Positions 61,029 to 64,000 of a DNA stretch of 64,000 nucleotides are shown here, piece by piece. Every line of letters begins with the position of its first letter. The stretch's first letter is position 1. The translations under genes and the position numbers were made by a program. The DNA comes from Zootoca vivipara. Lineage: Eukaryota. Where the stretch lies: NCBI RefSeq assembly GCF_963506605.1, contig NC_083283.1:6944001-7008000 (forward strand). Direction: 5' to 3'. The notes beneath the pieces were generated by a model that ran no database searches, was not told where the DNA came from, and saw only the letters and a program-made list of their open reading frames with translations.

Positions 61029-61248
61029 CAGCAATAAGAAAGTGAAACAAGCACCAAGTACTAAAAGCATCACATACCCGCAGTTGAAGAAATGAGACGA
61101 GGGTTCATCTCCACTCCTCCCCAGGCATATACAGTACAATCAAGAGTGAAAAGCAGCAGGTTTACAAAAAAGAGGGCTAAATGGAACAAAGATTGTCATA
61201 GCAAGAGGTGTCATTGTGGAGCTCTCTGATTACTGTATTTTGAACGTC

Positions 61249-62238
61249 TCACACTGCAGTTTGGATTGGGACTTCTACCTCCTCTCTGCAGTCTTCCTCC
61301 TCTTTGAAAAGCCTCTGGAGTATGACTTTCAGGCTCTCCCGGGATTGACCCCTTTTTCTCCTCCCAATCAGGAAATAAATCAGTGGCTTAATGCTGCTGT
61401 TTAGGCAGCAGCATAAGGATCCAATATGTAGTGCATTAGGAAAGGAAAGATGGGGAAAAGAAAATATTAAATAAAGGAAAGTAAATGGGAAAGCAAACAA
61501 GAGGGAGAAGAGGAGCACCATCAGGATGGCTATTAAAACACTTCCCTGCTTCCTCTGCTGTGATCTCAAGCAGACTTTGATGAAGAGGACCAGAGTGGAG
61601 ACAGTCATGAGCGGGAGGCAAAACACAGCACTCACCAGCAACTGGTACCAAGCAAAAGCTTCTCCAAAGAATACAATGTCATTAAGGATGTGCACGAGAG
61701 TGAGAAGGAAAGTGAGGCTCCATATGATGGCACACACAATGATGGACAGGTTGGGTGGCCAGCGGCATCGATGCCAAATGGGGAAGACGACAGAAACACA
61801 GCTGTCGAGGCTGATGGCTGTCAGCAGAATTTGACCGGTGAGGTTTGTGGAGAAAAAGCAATAGGCACTTATGGTCACTAAATAGTAAACATGGAAATTG
61901 ACAAGATGTGGATGAAAATTATCAAGGAAGGCAATTATCCTCCAAGGAAATAAGCCTAGGAGGACCCCAAGGTCAGCAACAGCCAAATTCAGGATATAGG
62001 TCGAGAAAGCAGTCCTTTTCATGCAAAATCCGAGAAACCAGATGACAGTTCCATTCCCTAAAAGTCCAAGGATGCTAAGGAGGAAAAGGCAGACAAGGAT
62101 AATAATAATCGTTACATCATATGGTCGTATTTCGTCACCAAAATCAGTATATTCTGGGAGCTCGGTTGCATTGTGTATTCTCGTATATTCCTCCTCAGCA
62201 CCCAAAGGGATTGGAGAGTACAGTCCATTATTGGCCAT
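61249..62238 (-). CDS. MAS-related GPCR (MRGPR/MAS1-like), 329 aa, DSC/KPLIY variant
   Basis: ATG at 62238 (MANNGLYSP); GLLGNGTVIW, STYILNLAVADL, FPIWHRCRWP, NSSIKPLIYFLIG. Acceptor TTTTTCCCCCAGTAG (tandem NAGNAG) at 62282-62286. Confidence 0.93.
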   Translation of the reverse strand: MANNGLYSPIPLGAEEEYTRIHNATELPEYTDFGDEIRPYDVTIIIILVCLFLLSILGLLGNGTVIWFLGFCMKRTAFSTYILNLAVADLGVLLGLFPWRIIAFLDNFHPHLVNFHVYYLVTISAYCFFSTNLTGQILLTAISLDSCVSVVFPIWHRCRWPPNLSIIVCAIIWSLTFLLTLVHILNDIVFFGEAFAWYQLLVSAVFCLPLMTVSTLVLFIKVCLRSQQRKQGSVLIAILMVLLFSLLFAFPFTFLYLIFSFPHLSFPNALHIGSLCCCLNSSIKPLIYFLIGRRKRGQSRESLKVILQRLFKEEEDCREEVEVPIQTAV

Positions 62239-63432
62239 GATGTTCAATCTCTTCTCTTTCAGCTACTTCTTGAAGAGTCACCTACTGGGGGAAAAAGAGA
62301 AAAAAATGAAGCCTGTTTATGCTATAAAGCTGAAAAACATTGCACTGTTTCCTGCAGTTGACTATAAATCTCTCATTTTTGTTCTCATTGTCAATTGAAT
62401 GGGGTAGAGAAGGGGAGAGAACACTGTGGAGCACTGAGATTTCTCTTCAGTGATGTTACTTTCTAAGGGAGCAACTCTTTGGACTAGAATCTGTCATAAA
62501 TCAAGCAGGTTTAAATTCAGCTATGTCAGATTCAAACCCTGCCTATCAGCCATGCTGCTTCTGCTCTGTCTAAGCCTGGTATAAGGAAAACAAGCCTTTT
62601 AGGAACATATGCTAAGTTATGCACTCACATGACTGAGCTGAATGGGCTTGGGATCCAGCCTAAATCCCCCCCTCTGGCCCCATCCTTGAGAACAACCCCA
62701 GACTTTGCCTTTTCTAGGACTTACTATATGATTCAGTCCAAGCAGCCTTAGCTCAGCTGGCTGAGTGTCACATGAGCAGGAGAGATCATACAGTGAGAGA
62801 AAACATTGTATATCTTCTTTGTCCTCTTTTGGTTCTCACCCAAAGTTGCAACCCTTGATCTGACCCAGTTTACTCTGCAACATCTGCTAACACTCAAAGG
62901 ACTCAGTAATTCTGGATCTAATGTTCTCTCCCTTCCTCTGTCCCTCAGAACAAAACAGCAGAGCTTTTGGGGGGGGGGCAAACTTTTCTCCAACTAATAT
63001 TATTATTAAATATCTTGATTGGTTCTCCGCTTGGCCAATCACAAGTGGGCAAGGGAATGGCCCATCAGGACCTAGCACTCCTCTTTTTCGCCATGTGCGT
63101 CGCCACCATCCAAGCTCGGGGCTGCTCTGCAAAGTCTGGGGGCTTGCATCTCAGCGCCTGGCAGAGCGGGGCCACTTGATGCTGCCGCTTCCTCCTCCGC
63201 CGCCCATGTTGCTCCCAGGTGGCGGTTTCACTTGGCGGTGTATCTCAGGCGAAACTGCTGCCCCTCTTGAGTCCCTCTGCCAGCTGCAAGCCGCCCCGTC
63301 ACTCCTGTTTGCACGCGCCAGCCGGAGAGGCAGGGCAGCTCCGTGGACTGGCAGAACTGACGTGCGAGGTCAGGGAGGCTTTGGGGGGGGGGACTCATCT
63401 CAGATGAGTCATGTGTACTACAATGGGGCTCG

Positions 63433-64000
63433 TTGTTGTTGTTGTTTAGTTGTGTCCGACTCTTCGTGACCCCATGGACCAGAGCATGCCAGGCACTCCT
63501 GTCTTGCACTGCCTCCCGCAGTTTGGTCAAACTCATGTTCGTAGCTTCGAGAACACTGTCCAAGCATCTTGTCCTCTGTCGTCCCCTTCTCCTAGTGCCC
63601 TCAATCTTTCCCAACATCAGGGTCTTTTCCAAGGATTCTTCTCTTCTCATGAGGTGACCACATCCAGCTTACCTCCATTCATGGTTCTTACATTCCAGGT
63701 TCCTATGCAATATTTTTCTTTACAGCATCGGACTTTCCTTTCGCTTCCAGGCATATCCGCAACTGAGCGTCCTTTCGGCTTTGGCCCAGCCGCTTCATCA
63801 GCTCTGAATCTACTTGTACTTGTCCTCCGCTCTTCCTCAGTAGCATGTTGGACGCCTTCTGACCTGAGGGGCTCATCTTCCAGCGTCATAACTTTTATAT
63901 GCCTGTTGTCTTTGTCCATGGAGTTTTCTTGGCAGGGATACTGGAGTGGCTTGCCAGTTCCTTCTCCAGGTGGATCACGTTTAGTCAAAACTCTCCACTA
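63433..64000 (-). mobile_element. BovB (RTE) LINE with a large internal deletion; continues beyond the window
   Basis: 5' part encodes ...CCKEKYCIGTWNVRTMNGGKLDVV (APE N-terminus), fused at ~63657 to the C-terminal HLMRREESLEKTLMLGKIEGTRRRGRQRTR and an (AAC)n tail. Confidence 0.92.

Noticed and set aside
62921-63469. 182-aa GC-rich ORF
   Set aside because: No recognisable domain; it spans low-complexity GC-rich sequence and the BovB tail.

Overview
Eukaryotic (vertebrate) DNA from a squamate reptile, probably a lacertid lizard; this is inferred from Sauria/Squam-type SINEs and BovB, CR1, L2, L1 and Penelope elements. The window holds a tandem cluster of eight MAS-related (MAS1/MRGPR family) GPCR genes. 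All lie on the minus strand, each with an uninterrupted CDS and a splice acceptor just upstream of the ATG; one (1-720) runs off the window edge and is missing from the ORF track. Four copies (26.6, 37.9, 48.4, 54.1 kb) sit in recent segmental duplications. They are nearly identical in the intracellular and transmembrane core but hypervariable, with in-frame indels, in the three extracellular-loop regions, and they look mosaic. Comparing the duplicated spacers reveals deletion scars where whole receptor genes were lost; one leaves only the last 12 nt of the CDS. Other notable items: Penelope elements carrying minimal hammerhead-ribozyme motifs (all three copies of one family lie within 400 bp of an MRGPR stop codon), long hairpins downstream of one receptor, an old non-coding module repeated about 12 times across the cluster, and many transposon insertions with TSDs and paralogous empty sites. 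All calls were made by eye and no alignments or database searches were run.
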